A stretch of DNA of 64,000 nucleotides, from NCBI RefSeq assembly GCF_009914755.1, contig NC_060925.1; one strand, given 5' to 3'. The DNA is from the human T2T-CHM13v2.0 reference genome, Homo sapiens. A program made the translations under genes and the position numbers. Below are positions 28,878 to 44,603 of this stretch, one piece after another. The notes under the pieces were generated by a model. The model did not search any database and was not told the DNA's origin. It worked only from the letters and a program-made list of their open reading frames with translations. Every line of letters begins with the position of its first letter. Within the stretch, counting starts at the first letter, position 1.

Positions 28878-31800
28878 ATGGAATCGTCATCGAATGAATT
28901 GAATGCAATCATCGAATGGTCTCGAATGGAATCATCTTCTAATGGAAAGGAATGGAATCATCGCATAGAATCGAATGGAATTATCATCGAATGGAATCGA
29001 ATGGTATCAACACCAAACGGAAAAAAACGGAATTATCGAATGGAATCGAAGAGAATCTTCGAACGGACCCGAATGGAATCATCTAATGGAATGGAATGGA
29101 ATAATCCATGGACTCGAATGCAATCATCATCGAATGGAATCGAATGGAATCATCGAATGGACTCGAATGGAATAATCATTGAACGGAATCGAATGGAATC
29201 ATCATCGGATGGAAACGAATGGAATCATCATCGAATGGAAATGAAAGGAGTCATCATCTAATGGAATTGCATGGAATCATCATAAAATGGAATCGAATGG
29301 AATCAACATCAAATGGAATCAAATGGAATCATTGAACGGAATTGAATGGAATCGTCATCGAATGAATTGACTGCAATCATCGAATGGTCTCGAATGGAAT
29401 CATCTTCAAATGGAATGGAATGGAATCATCGCATAGAATCGAATGGAATTATCATCGAATGGAATCGAATGGAATCAACATCCAACGGAAAAAAACGGAA
29501 TTATCGAATGGAATCGAAGAGAATCATCGAATGGACCCGAATGGAATCATCTAATGGAATGGAATGGAATAATCCATGGACTCGAATGCAATCATCATCG
29601 AATGGAATCGAATGGAATCATCGAATGGACTCGAATGGAATAATCATTGAACGGAATCGAATGGAATCATCATCGGATGGAAATGAATGGAATCATCATC
29701 GAATGGAATCGAATAGAATTATGGAATGAAATCCAGTGTGATCATCATCGAAAGGACCCGAATGGAATCATCATCCAACGGAAGCTAATGGAATCAACAT
29801 CGAATGAATCGAATGGAAACACCATCGAATTGAAACGAATGGAATTATCATGAAATTGAAATGGATGGACTCATCATCGAATGGATTCGAATGGAATCAT
29901 CGAATAAAATTGATTGAAATCATCATCCAATGGAATCGAATGGTATCATTGAATGGAATCGAATGGAATCATCATCAGATGGAAATGAATGGAATCGTCA
30001 TAGAATGGAATCGAATGGATTCATTGAATGGAATCAGATGGAATCATCGAATGGACTGGAATGGAATCATTGAATGGACTCGAAAGGGATCATGATTGAA
30101 TGGAATTGAATGGAATCATCGAATGGTCTCGATTGGAATCATTATCAAATGGAATCGAATGGAATCACCGAATAGAATCGAATGGAACAATCATCGAATG
30201 GACTCAAATGGAATTATCCTCAAATGGAATCGAATGGAATTATCGAATGCAATCGAATGGAATTATCGAATGCAATCGAATAGAATCATCGAATGGACTC
30301 GAATGGAATCATCGAATGGAATGGAATGGAACAGTCAATGAACTCGAATGGAATCATCATTGAAAGGAATCGAATGGAATCATCGAGTGGAATCGAATGG
30401 AATTATGATCAAATGGAATCGAATGTAATCATCATCAAATGGAATCAAAAATAACCATCATCAATTGGTATTGAATGGAATTGTCATCAAATGGAATTCA
30501 AAGGAATCATCATCAAATGGAACCGAATGGAATCCTCATTGAATGGAAATGAAAGGGGTCATCATCTAATGGAATCGGATGGAATCATCATCAAATGGAA
30601 TCGAATGGAATCATCATCAAATGGAATCTAATGGAATCATTGAACAGAATTGAATGGAATCGTCATCGAATGAATTGAATGCAATCATCGAATGGTCTCG
30701 AATGGAATCATCTTCTAATGGAAAGGAATGGAATCATCGCATAGAATCGAATGGAATTATCATCGAATGGAATCGAATGGTATCAACACCAAACGGAAAA
30801 AAACGGAATTATCGAATGGAATCGAAGAGAATCTTCGAACGGACCCGAATGGAATCATCTAATGGAATGGAATGGAATAATCCATGGACTCGAATGCAAT
30901 CATCATCGAATGGAATCGAATGGAATCATCGAATGGACTCGAATGGAATAATCATTGAACGGAATCGAATTGAATCATCATCGGATGGAAACGAATGGAA
31001 TCATCATCGAATGGAAATGAAAGGAGTCATCATCTAATGGAATTGCATGGAATCATCATAAAATGGAATCGAATGGAATCAACATCAAATGGAATCAAAT
31101 GGAATCATTGAACGGAATTGAATGGAATCGTCATCGAATGAATTGAATGCAATCATCGAATGGTCTCGAATGGAATCATCTTCAAATGGAATGGAATGGA
31201 ATCATCGCATAGAATCGAATGGAATTATCATCGAATGGAATCGAATGGAATCAACATCCAACGGAAAAAAACGGAATTATCGAATGGAATCGAAGAGAAT
31301 CATCGAATGGACCCGAATGGAATCATCTAATGGAATGGAATGGAATAATCCATGGACTCGAATGTAATCATCATCGAATGGAATCGAATGGAATCATCGA
31401 ATGGACTCGAATGGAATAATCATTGAACGGAATCGAATGGAATCATCATCGGATGGAAATGAATGGAATCATCATCGAATGGAATCGAATAGAATTATGG
31501 AATGAAATCCAGTGTGATCATCATCGAATGGACCCGAATGGAATCATCATCCAACGGAAGCTAATGGAATCAACATCGAATGAATCAAATGGAAACACCA
31601 TCGAATTGAAACGAATGGAATTATCATGAAATTGAAATGGATGGACTCATCATCGAATGGATTCGAATGGAATCATCGAATAAAATTGATTGAAATCATC
31701 ATCGAATGGAATCGAATGGTATCATTGAATGGAATCGAATGGAATCATCATCAGATGGAAATGAATGGAATCGTCATAGAATGGAATCGAATGGATTCAT

Positions 31801-33401
31801 TGAATGGAATCAGATGGAATCATCGAATGGACTGGAATGGAATCATTGAATGGACTCGAAAGGGATCATTATTGAATGGAATTGAATGGAATCATTGAAT
31901 GGTCTCGATTGGAATCATTATCAAATGGAATCGAATGGAATCACCGAATAGAATCGTATAGAACAATCATCGAATGGACTCAAATGGAATTATCCTCAAA
32001 TGGAATCGAATGGAATTATCGAATGCAATCGAATGGAATTATCGAATGCAATCGAATAGAATCATCGAATGGACTCGAATGGAATCATCGAATGGAATGG
32101 AATGGAACAGTCAATGAACTCGAATGGAATCATCATTGAATGGAATCGAATGGAATCATCGAGTGGAATCGAATGGAATTATGATCAAATGGAATCGAAT
32201 GTAATCATCATCAAATGGAATCAAAAATAACCATCATCAATTGGTATTGAATGGAATTGTCATCAAATGGAATTCAAAGGAATCATCATCAAATGGAACC
32301 GAATGGAATCCTCATTGAATGGAAATGAAAGGGGTCATCATCTAATGGAATCGCATGGAATCATCATCAAATGGAATCGAATGGAATCATCATCAAATGG
32401 AATCTAATGGAATCATTGAACAGAATTGAATGGAATCGTCATCGAATGAATTGAATGCAATCATCGAATGGTCTCGAATGGAATCATCTTCTAATGGAAA
32501 GGAATGGAATCATCGCATAGAATCGAATGGAATTATCATCGAATGGAATCGAATGGTATCAACACCAAACGGAAAAAAACGGAATTATCGAATGGAATCG
32601 AAGAGAATCTTCGAACGGACCCGAATGGAATCATCTAATGGAATGGAATGGAATAATCCATGGACTCGAATGCAATCATCATCGAATGGAATGGAATGGA
32701 ATCATCGAATGGACTCGAATGGAATAATCATTGAACGGAATCGAATGGAATCATCATCGGATGGAAACGAATGGAATCATCATCGAATGGAAATGAAAGG
32801 AGTCATCATCTAATGGAATTGCATGGAATCATCATAAAATGGAATCGAATGGAATCAACATCAAATGGAATCAAATGGAATCATTGAACGGAATTGAATG
32901 GAATCGTCATCGAATGAATTGACTGCAATCATCGAATGATCTCGAATGGAATCATCTTCAAATGGAATGGAATGGAATCATCGCATAGAATCGAATGGAA
33001 TTATCATCGAATGGAATCGAATGGAATCAACATCCAACGGAAAAAAACGGAATTATCGAATGGAATCGAAGAGAATCATCGAATGGACCCGAATGGAATC
33101 ATCTAATGGAATGGAATGGAATAATCCATGGACTCGAATGCAATCATCATCGAATGGAATCGAATGGAATCATCGAATGGACTCGAATGGAATAATCATT
33201 GAACGGAATCGAATGGAATCATCATCGGATGGAAATGAATGGAATCATCATCGAATGGAATCGAATAGAATTATGGAATGAAATCCAGTGTGATCATCAT
33301 CGAAAGGACCCGAATGGAATCATCATCCAACGGAAGCTAATGGAATCAACATCGAATGAATCGAATGGAAACACCATCGAATTGAAACGAATGGAATTAT
33401 C

Positions 33402-34787
33402 ATGAAATTGAAATGGATGGACTCATCATCGAATGGATTCGAATGGAATCATCGAATAAAATTGATTGAAATCATCATCGAATGGAATCGAATGGTATCA
33501 TTGAATGGAATCGAATGTAATCATCCTCAGATGGAAATGAATGGAATCGTCATAGAATGGAATCGAATGGATTCATTGAATGGAATCAGATGGAATCATC
33601 GAATGGACTGGAATGGAATCATTGAATGGACTCGAAAGGGATCATGATTGAATGGAATTGAATGGAATCATCGAATGGTCTCGATTGGAATCGTTATCAA
33701 ATGGAATCGAATGGAATCACCGAATAGAATCGAATGGAACAATCATCGAATGGACTCAAATGGAATTATCCTCCAATGGAATCGAATGGAATTATCGAAT
33801 GCAATCGAATGGAATTATCGAATGCAATCGAATAGAATCATCGAATGGACTCGAATGGAATCATCGAATGGAATGGAATGGAACAGTCAATGAACTCGAA
33901 TGGAATCATCATTGAATGGAATCGAATGGAATCATCGAGTGGAATCGAATGGAATTATGATCAAATGGAATCGAATGTAATCATCATCAAATGGAATCAA
34001 AAATAACCATCATCAATTGGTATCGAATGGAATTGTCATCAAATGGAATTCAAAGGAATCATCATCAAATGGAACCGAATGGAATCCTCATTGAATGGAA
34101 ATGAAAGGGGTCATCATCTAATGGAATCGCATGGAATCATCATCAAATGGAATCGAATGGAATCATCATCAAATGGAATCTAATGGAATCATTGAACAGA
34201 ATTGAATGGAATCGTCATCGAATGAATTGAATGCAATCATCGAATGGTCTCGAATGGAATCATCTTCTAATGGAAAGGAATGGAATCATCGCATAGAATC
34301 GAATGGAATTATCATCGAATGGAATCGAATGGTATCAACACCAAACGGAAAAAAACGGAATTATCGAATGGAATCGAAGAGAATCTTCGAACGGACCCGA
34401 ATGGAATCATCTAATGGAATGGAATGGAATAATCCATGGACTCGAATGCAATCATCATCGAATGGAATCGAATGGAATCATCGAATGGACTCGAATGGAA
34501 TAATCATTGAACGGAATCGAATGGAATCATTATCAGATGGAAACGAATGGAATCATCATCGAATGGAAATGAAAGGAGTCATCATCTAATGGAATTGCAT
34601 GGAATCATCATAAAATGGAATCGAATGGAATCATCATCGAATGGAATCGAATAGAATTATGGAATGAAATCCAGTGTGATCATCATCGAATGGACCCGAA
34701 TGGAATCATCATCCAACGGAAGCTAATGGAATCAACATCGAATGAATCGAATGGAAACACCATCGAATTGAAACGAATGGAATTATC
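33402..34787 (+). repeat. 1386 bp unit (390 bp deletion removing most of 468-copy B); junction ~34623-34633
   Basis: Landmark spacing 33402 to 34788 is 1386. The junction reads CATAAAATGGAATC-GAATGGAATCA-TCATCGAATGGAATCGAATAGAATT. Confidence 0.92.
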
Positions 34788-37700
34788 ATGAAATTGAAAT
34801 GGATGGACTCATCATCGAATGGATTCGAATGGAATCATCGAATAAAATTGATTGAAATCATCATCAAATGGAATCGGATGGTATCATTGAATGGAATCGA
34901 ATGGAATCATCATCAGATGGAAATGAATGGAATCGTCATAGAATGGAATCGAATGGATTCATTGAATGGAATCAGATGGAATCATCGAATGGACTGGAAT
35001 GGAATCATTGAATGGACTCGAAAGGGATCATGATTGAATGGAATTGAATGGAATCATCGAATGGTCTCGATTGGAATCATTATCAAATGGAATCGAATGG
35101 AATCACCGAATAGAATCGAATGGAACAATCATCGAATGGACTCAAATGGAATTATCCTCCAATGGAATCGAATGGAATTATCGAATGCAATCGAATGGAA
35201 TTATCGAATGCAATCGAATAGAATCATCGAATGGACTCGAATGGAATCATCGAATGGAATGGAATGGAACAGTCAATGAACTCGAATGGAATCATCATTG
35301 AATGGAATCCAATGGAATCATCGAGTGGAATCGAATGGAATTATGATCAAATGGAATCGAATGTAATCATCATCAAATGGAATCAAAAATAACCATCATC
35401 AATTGGTATTGAATGGAATTGTCATCAAATGGAATTCAAAGGAATCATCATCAAATGGAACCGAATGGAATCCTCATTGAATGGAAATGAAAGGGGTCAT
35501 CATCTAATGGAATCGCATGGAATCATCATCAAATGGAATCGAATGGAATCATCATCAAATGGAATCTAATGGAATCATTGAACAGAATTGAATGGAATCG
35601 TCATCGAATGAATTGAATGCAATCATCGAATGGTCTCGAATGGAATCATCTTCTAATGGAAAGGAATGGAATCATCGCATAGAATCGAATGGAATTATCA
35701 TCGAATGGAATCGAATGGTATCAACACCAAACGGAAAAAAACGGAATTATCGAATGGAATCGAAGAGAATCTTCGAACGGACCCGAATGGAATCATCTAA
35801 TGGAATGGAATGGAATAATCCATGGACTCGAATGCAATCATCATCGAATGGAATGGAATGGAATCATCGAATGGACTCGAATGGAATAATCATTGAACGG
35901 AATCGAATGGAATCATCATCGGATGGAAACGAATGGAATCATCATCGAATGGAAATGAAAGGAGTCATCATCTAATGGAATTGCATGGAATCATCATAAA
36001 ATGGAATCGAATGGAATCAACATCAAATGGAATCAAATGGAATCATTGAACGGAATTGAATGGAATCGTCATCGAATGAATTGACTGCAATCATCGAATG
36101 GTCTCGAATGGAATCACCTTCAAATGGAATGGAATGGAATCATCGCATAGAATCGAATGGACTTATCATCGAATGGAATCGAATGGAATCAACATCAAAC
36201 GGAAAAAAACGGAATTATCGAATGGAATCGAAGAGAATCATCGAATGGACCCGAATGGAATCATCTAATGGAATGGAATGGAATAATCCATGGACTCGAA
36301 TGCAATCATCATCGAATGGAATCGAATGGAATCATCCAATGGACTCGAATGGAATAATCATTGAACGGAATCGAATGGAATCATCATCGGATGGAAATGA
36401 ATGGAATCATCATCGAATGGAATCGAATAGAATTATGGAATGAAATCCAGTGTGATCATCATCGAATGGACCCGAATGGAATCATCATCCAACGGAAGCT
36501 AATGGAATCAACATCGAATGAATCGAATGGAAACACCATCGAATTGAAACGAATGGAATTATCATGAAATTGAAATGGATGGACTCATCATCGAATGGAT
36601 TCGAATGGAATCATCGAATAAAATTGATTGAAATCATCATCGAATGGAATCGAATGGTATCATTGAATGGAATCGAATGGAATCATCATCAGATGGAAAT
36701 GAATGGAATCGTCATAGAATGGAATCGAATGGATTCATTGAATGGAATCAGATGGAATCATCGAATGGACTGGAATGGAATCATTGAATGGACTCGAAAG
36801 GGATCATGATTGAATGGAATTGAATGGAATCATCGAATGGTCTCGATTGGAATCATTATCAAATGGAATCGAATGGAATCACCGAATACAATCGAATGGA
36901 ACAATCATCGAATGGACTCAAATGGAATTATCCTCAAATGGAATCGAATGGAATTATCGAATGCAATCGAATTGAATTATCGAATGCAATCGAATAGATT
37001 CATCGAATGGACTCGAATGGAATCATCGAATGGAATGGAATGGAACAGTCAATGAACACGAATGGAATCATCATTGAATGGAATCGAATGGAATCATCGA
37101 GTGGAATCGAATGGAATTATGATCAAATGGAATGGAATGTAATCATCATCAAATGGAATCAAAAATAACCATCATCAATTGGTATTGAATGGAATTGTCA
37201 TCAAATGGAATTCAAAGGAATCATCATCAAATGGAACCGAATGGTATCCTCATTGAATGGAAATGAAAGGGGTCATCATCTAATGGAATCGCATGGAATC
37301 ATCATCAAATGGAATCGAATGGAATCATCATCAAATGGAATCTAATGGAATCATTGAACAGAATTGAATGGAATCGTCATCGAATGAATTGAATGCAATC
37401 ATCGAATGGTCTCGAATGGAATCATCTTCTAATGGAAAGGAATGGAATCATCGCATAGAATCGAATGGAATTATCATCGAATGGAATCGAATGGTATCAA
37501 CACCAAACGGAAAAAAACGGAATTATCGAATGGAATCGAAGAGAATCTTCGAACGGACCCGAATGGAATCATCTAATGGAATGGAATGGAATAATCCATG
37601 GACTCGAATGCAATCATCATCGAATGGAATCGAATGGAATCATCGAATGGACTCGAATGGAATAATCATTGAACGGAATCGAATGGAATCATCATCGGAT

Positions 37701-38339
37701 GGAAACGAATGGAATCGTCATCGAATGGAAATGAAAGGATTCATCATCTAATGGAATTGCATGGAATCATCATAAAATGGAATCGAATGGAATCAACATC
37801 AAATGGAATCAAATGGAATCATTGAACGGAATTGAATGGAATCGTCATCGAATGAATTGACTGCAATCATCGAATGGTCTCGAATGGAATCATCTTCAAA
37901 TGGAATGGAATGGAATCATCGCATAGAATCGAATGGAATTATCATCGAATGGAATCGAATGGAATCAACATCAAACGGAAAAAAACGGAATTATCGAATG
38001 GAATCGAAGAGAATCATCGAATGGACCCGAATGGAATCATCTAATGGAATGGAATGGAATAATCCATGGACTCGAATGCAATCATCATCGAATGGAATCG
38101 AATGGAATCATCGAATGGACTCGAATGGAATAATCATTGAACGGAATCGAATGGAATCATCATCGGATGGAAATGAATGGAATCATCATCGAATGGAATC
38201 GAATAGAATTATGGAATGAAATCCAGTGTGATCATCATCGAATGGACCCGAATGGAATCATCATCCAACGGAAGCTAATGGAATCAACATCGAATGAATC
38301 AAATGGAAACACCATCGAATTGAAACGAATGGAATTATC

Positions 38340-40583
38340 ATGAAATTGAAATGGATGGACTCATCATCGAATGGATTCGAATGGAATCATCGAATAAAAT
38401 TGATTGAAATCATCATCGAATGGAATCGAATGGTATCTTTGAATGGAATCGAATGGAATCATCATCAGATGGAAATGAATGGAATCGTCATAGAATGGAA
38501 TCGAATGGATTCATTGAATGGAATCAGATGGAATCATCGAATGGACTGGAATGGAATCATTGAATGGACTCGAAAGGGATCATGATTGAATGGAATTGAA
38601 TGGAATCATCGAATGGTCTCGATTGGAATCATTATCAAATGGAATCGAATGGAATCACCGAATAGAATCGAATGGAACAATCATCGAATGGACTCAAATG
38701 GAATTATCCTCAAATGGAATCGAATGGAATTATCGAATGCAATCGAATGGAATTATCGAATGCAATCGAATAGAATCATCGAATGGACTCGAATGGAATC
38801 ATCGAATGGAATGGAATGGAACAGTCAATGAACTCGAATGGAATCATCATTGAATGGAATCGAATGGAATCATCGAGTGGAATCGAATGGAATTATGATC
38901 AAATGGAATCGAATGTAATCATCATCAAATGGAATAAAAAATAACCATCATCAATTGGTATTGAATGGAATTGTCATCAAATGGAATTCAAAGGAATCAT
39001 CATCAAATGGAACCGAATGGAATCCTCATTGAATGGAAATGAAAGGGGTCATCATCTAATGGAATCGCATGGAATCATCATCAAATGGAATCGAAGGGAA
39101 TCATCATCAAATGGAATCTAATGGAATCATTGAACAGAATTGAATGGAATCGTCATCGAATGAATTGAATGCAATCATCGAATGGTCTCGAATGGAATCA
39201 TCTTCTAATGGAAAGGAATGGAATCATCGCATAGAATCGAATGGAATTATCATCGAATGGAATCGAATGGTATCAACACCAAACGGAAAAAAACGGAATT
39301 ATCGAATGGAATCGAAGAGAATCTTCGAACAGACCCGAATGGAATCATCTAATGGAATGGAATGGAATAATCCATGGACTCGAATGCAATCATCATCGAA
39401 TGGAATGGAATGGAATCATCGAACGGACTCGAATGGAATAATCATTGAACGGAATCGAATGGAATCATCATCGGATGGAAACGAATGGAATCATCATCGA
39501 ATGGAAATGAAAGGAGTCATCATCTAATGGAATTGCATGGAATCATCATAAAATGGAATCGAATGGAATCAACATCAAATGGAATCAAATGGAATCATTG
39601 AACGGAATTGAATGGAATCGTCATCGAATGAATTGAATGCAATCATCGAATGGTCTCGAATGGAATCATCTTCAAAAGAAATGGAATGGAATCATCGCAT
39701 AGAATCGAATGGAATTATCATCGAATGGAATCGAATGGAATCAACATCAAACGGAAAAAAACGGAATTATCGAATGGAATCGAAGAGAATCATCGAAAGG
39801 ACCCGAATGGAATCATCTAATGGAATGGAATGGAATAATCCATGGACTCGAATGCAATCATCATCGAATGGAATCGAATGGAATCATCGAATGGACTCGA
39901 ATGGAATAATCATTGAACGGAATCGAATGGAATCATCATCGGATGGAAATGAATGGAATCATCATCGAGTGGAAATGAAAGGAGTCATCATCTAATGCAA
40001 TTGCATGGAATCATCATAAAATGGAATCGAATGGAATCAACATCAAATGGAATCTAATGGAATCATTGAACAGAATTGAATGGAATCGTCATCGAATGAA
40101 TTGACTGCAATCATCGAATGGTCTCGAATGGAATCATCTTCAAATGGAATGGAATGGAATCATCGCATAGAATCGAATGGAATTATCATCGAATGGAATC
40201 GAATGGAATCAACATCAAACGGAAAAAAACGGAATTATCGAATGGAATCGAAGAGAATCATCGAATGGACCCGAATGGAATCATCTAATGGAATGGAATG
40301 GAATAATCCATGGACTCGAATGCAATCATCATCGAATGGAATCGAATGGAATCATCGAATGGACTCGAATGGAATAATCATTGAACGGAATTGAATGGAA
40401 TCATCATCGGATGGAAATGAATGGAATCATCATCGAATGGAATCGAATAGATTTATGGAATGAAATCCAGTGTGATCATCATCGAATGGACCCGAATGGA
40501 ATCATCATCCAACGGAAGCTAATGGAATCAACATCGAATGAATCAAATGGAAACACCATCGAATTGAAACGAATGGAATTATT
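38340..40583 (+). repeat. 2244 bp unit with three 468 bp sub-repeats
   Basis: Sub-repeat pseudo-ORFs start at 39144, 39612 and 40080; landmark spacing is 2244. Confidence 0.92.
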
Positions 40584-42359
40584 ATGAAATTGAAATGGAT
40601 GGACTCATCATCGAATGGATTCGAATGGAATCATCGAATAAAATTGATTGAAATCATCATCGAATGGAATCGAATGGTATCATTGAATGGAATCGAATGG
40701 AATCATCATCAGATGGAAATGAATGGAATCGCCATAGAATGGAATCGAATGGATTCATTGAATGGAATCAGATGGAATCATCGAATGGACTGGAATGGAA
40801 TCATTGAATGGACTCGAAAGGGATCATGATTGAATGGAATTGAATGGAATCATCGAATGGTCTCGATTGGAATCATTATCAAATGGAATCGAATGGAATC
40901 ACCGAATAGAATCGAATGGAACAATCATCGAATGGACTCAAATGGAATTATCCTCAAATGGAATCGAATGGAATTATCGAATGCAATCGAATGGAATTAT
41001 CGAATGCAATCGAATAGAATCATCGAATGGACTCGAATGGAATCATCGAATGGAATGGAATGGAACAGTCAATGAACTCGAATGGAATCATCATTGAATG
41101 GAATCGAATGGAATCATCAAGTGGAATCGAATGGAATTATGATCAAATGGAATCGAATGTAATCATCATCAAATGGAATCAAAAATAACCATCATCAATT
41201 GGTATTGAATGGAATTGTCATCAAATGGAATTCAAAGGAATCATCATCAAATGGAACCGAATGGAATCCTCATTGAATGGAAATGAAAGGGGTCATCATC
41301 TAATGGAATCGCATGGAATCATCATCAAATGGAATCGAATGGAATCATCATCAAATGGAATCTAATGGAATCATTGAACAGAATTGAATGGAATCGTCAT
41401 CGAATGAATTGAATGCAATCATCGAATGGTCTCGAATGGAATCATCTTCTAATGGAAAGGAATGGAATCATCGCATAGAATCGAATGGAATTATCATCGA
41501 ATGGAATCGAATGGTATCAACACCAAACGGAAAAAAACGGAATTATCGAATGGAATCGAAGAGAATCTTCGAACGGACCCGAATGGAATCATCTAATGGA
41601 ATGGAATGGAATAATCCATGGACTCGAATGCAATCATCATCGAATGGAATCGAATGGAATCATCGAATGGACTCGAATGGAATAATCATTGAACGGAATC
41701 GAATGGAATCATCATCGGATGGAAACGAATGGAATCATCATCGAATGGAAATGAAAGGAGTCATCATCTAATGGAATTGCATGGAATCATCATAAAATGG
41801 AATCGAATGGAATCAACATCAAATGGAATCAAATGGAATCATTGAACGGAATTGAATGGAATCGTCATCGAATGAATTGACTGCAATCATCGAATGGTCT
41901 CGAATGGAATCATCTTCAAATGGAATGGAATGGAATCATCGCATAGAATCGAATGGAATTATCATCGAATGGAATCGAATGGAATCAACATCAAACGGAA
42001 AAAAACGGAATTATCGAATGGAATCGAAGAGAATCATCGAATGGACCCGAATGGAATCATCTAATGGAATGGAATGGAATAATCCATGGACTCGAATGCA
42101 ATCATCATCGAATGGAATCGAATGGAATCATCGAATGGACTCGAATGGAATAATCATTGAACGGAAACGAATGGAATCATCATCGGATGGAAATGAATGG
42201 AATCATCATCGAATGGAATCGAATAGAATTATGGAATGAAATCCAGTGTGATCATCATCGAATGGACCCGAATGGAATCATCATCCAACGGAAGCTAATG
42301 GAATCAACATCGAATGAATCAAATGGAAACACCATCGAATTGAAACGAATGGAATTATC

Positions 42360-44603
42360 ATGAAATTGAAATGGATGGACTCATCATCGAATGGATTCGA
42401 ATGGAATCATCGAATAAAATTGATTGAAATCATCATCAAATGGAATCGAATGGTATCATTGAATGGAATCGAATGGAATCATCATCAGATGGAAATGAAT
42501 GGAATCGTCATAGAATGGAATCGAATGGATTCATTGAATGGAATCAGATGGAATCATCGAATGGACTGGAATGGAATCATTGAATGGACTCGAAAGGGAT
42601 CATGATTGAATGGAATTGAATGGAATCATCGAATGGTCTCGATTGGAATCATTATCAAATGGAATCGAATGGAATCACCGAATAGAATCGAATGGAACAA
42701 TCATCGAATGGACTCAAATGGAATTATCCTCAAATGGAATCGAATGGAATTATCGAATGCAATCGAATGGAATTATCGAATGCAATCGAATAGAATCATC
42801 GAATGGACTCGAATGGAATCATCGAATGGAATGGAATGGAACAGTCAATGAACTCGAATGGAATCATCATTGAATGGAATCGAATGGAATCATCAAGTGG
42901 AATCGAATGGAATTATGATCAAATGGAATCGAATGTAATCATCATCAAATGGAATCAAAAATAACCATCATCAATTGGTATTGAATGGAATTGTCATCAA
43001 ATGGAATTCAAAGGAATCATCATCAAATGGAACCGAATGGAATCCTCATTGAATGGAAATGAAAGGGGTCATCATCTAATGGAATCGCATGGAATCATCA
43101 TCAAATGGAATCGAAGGGAATCATCATCAAATGGAATCTAATGGAATCATTGAACAGAATTGAATGGAATCGTCATCGAATGAATTGAATGCAATCATCG
43201 AATGGTCTCGAATGGAATCATCTTCTAATGGAAAGGAATGGAATCATCGCATAGAATCGAATGGAATTATCATCGAATGGAATCGAATGGTATCAACACC
43301 AAACGGAAAAAAACGGAATTATCGAATGGAATCGAAGAGAATCTTCGAACAGACCCGAATGGAATCATCTAATGGAATGGAATGGAATAATCCATGGACT
43401 CGAATGCAATCATCATCGAATGGAATGGAATGGAATCATCGAATGGACTCGAATGGAATAATCATTGAACGGAATCGAATGGAATCATCATCGGATGGAA
43501 ACGAATGGAATCATCATCGAATGGAAATGAAAGGAGTCATCATCTAATGGAATTGCATGGAATCATCATAAAATGGAATCGAATGGAATCAACATCAAAT
43601 GGAATCAAATGGAATCATTGAACGGAATTGAATGGAATCGTCATCGAATGAATTGAATGCAATCATCGAATGGTCTCGAATGGAATCATCTTCAAAAGAA
43701 ATGGAATGGAATCATCGCATAGAATCGAATGGAATTATCATCGAATGGAATCGAATGGAATCAACATCAAACGGAAAAAAACGGAATTATCGAATGGAAT
43801 CGAAGAGAATCATCGAAAGGACCCGAATGGAATCATCTAATGGAATGGAATGGAATAATCCATGGACTCGAATGCAATCATCATCGAATGGAATCGAATG
43901 GAATCATCGAATGGACTCGAATGGAATAATCATTGAACGGAATCGAATGGAATCATCATCGGATGGAAATGAATGGAATCATCATCGAGTGGAAATGAAA
44001 GGAGTCATCATCTAATGCAATTGCATGGAATCATCATAAAATGGAATCGAATGGAATCAACATCAAATGGAATCTAATGGAATCATTGAACAGAATTGAA
44101 TGGAATCGTCATCGAATGAATTGACTGCAATCATCGAATGGTCTCGAATGGAATCATCTTCAAATGGAATGGAATGGAATCATCGCATAGAATCGAATGG
44201 AATTATCATCGAATGGAATCGAATGGAATCAACATCAAACGGAAAAAAACGGAATTATCGAATGGAATCGAAGAGAATCATCGAATGGACCCGAATGGAA
44301 TCATCTAATGGAATGGAATGGAATAATCCATGGACTCGAATGCAATCATCATCGAATGGAATCGAATGGAATCATCGAATGGACTCGAATGGAATAATCA
44401 TTGAACGGAATTGAATGGAATCATCATCGGATGGAAATGAATGGAATCATCATCGAATGGAATCGAATAGATTTATGGAATGAAATCCAGTGTGATCATC
44501 ATCGAATGGACCCGAATGGAATCATCATCCAACGGAAGCTAATGGAATCAACATCGAATGAATCAAATGGAAACACCATCGAATTGAAACGAATGGAATT
44601 ATT
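42360..44603 (+). repeat. 2244 bp unit with three 468 bp sub-repeats
   Basis: Sub-repeat starts at 43164, 43632 and 44100. Confidence 0.92.
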
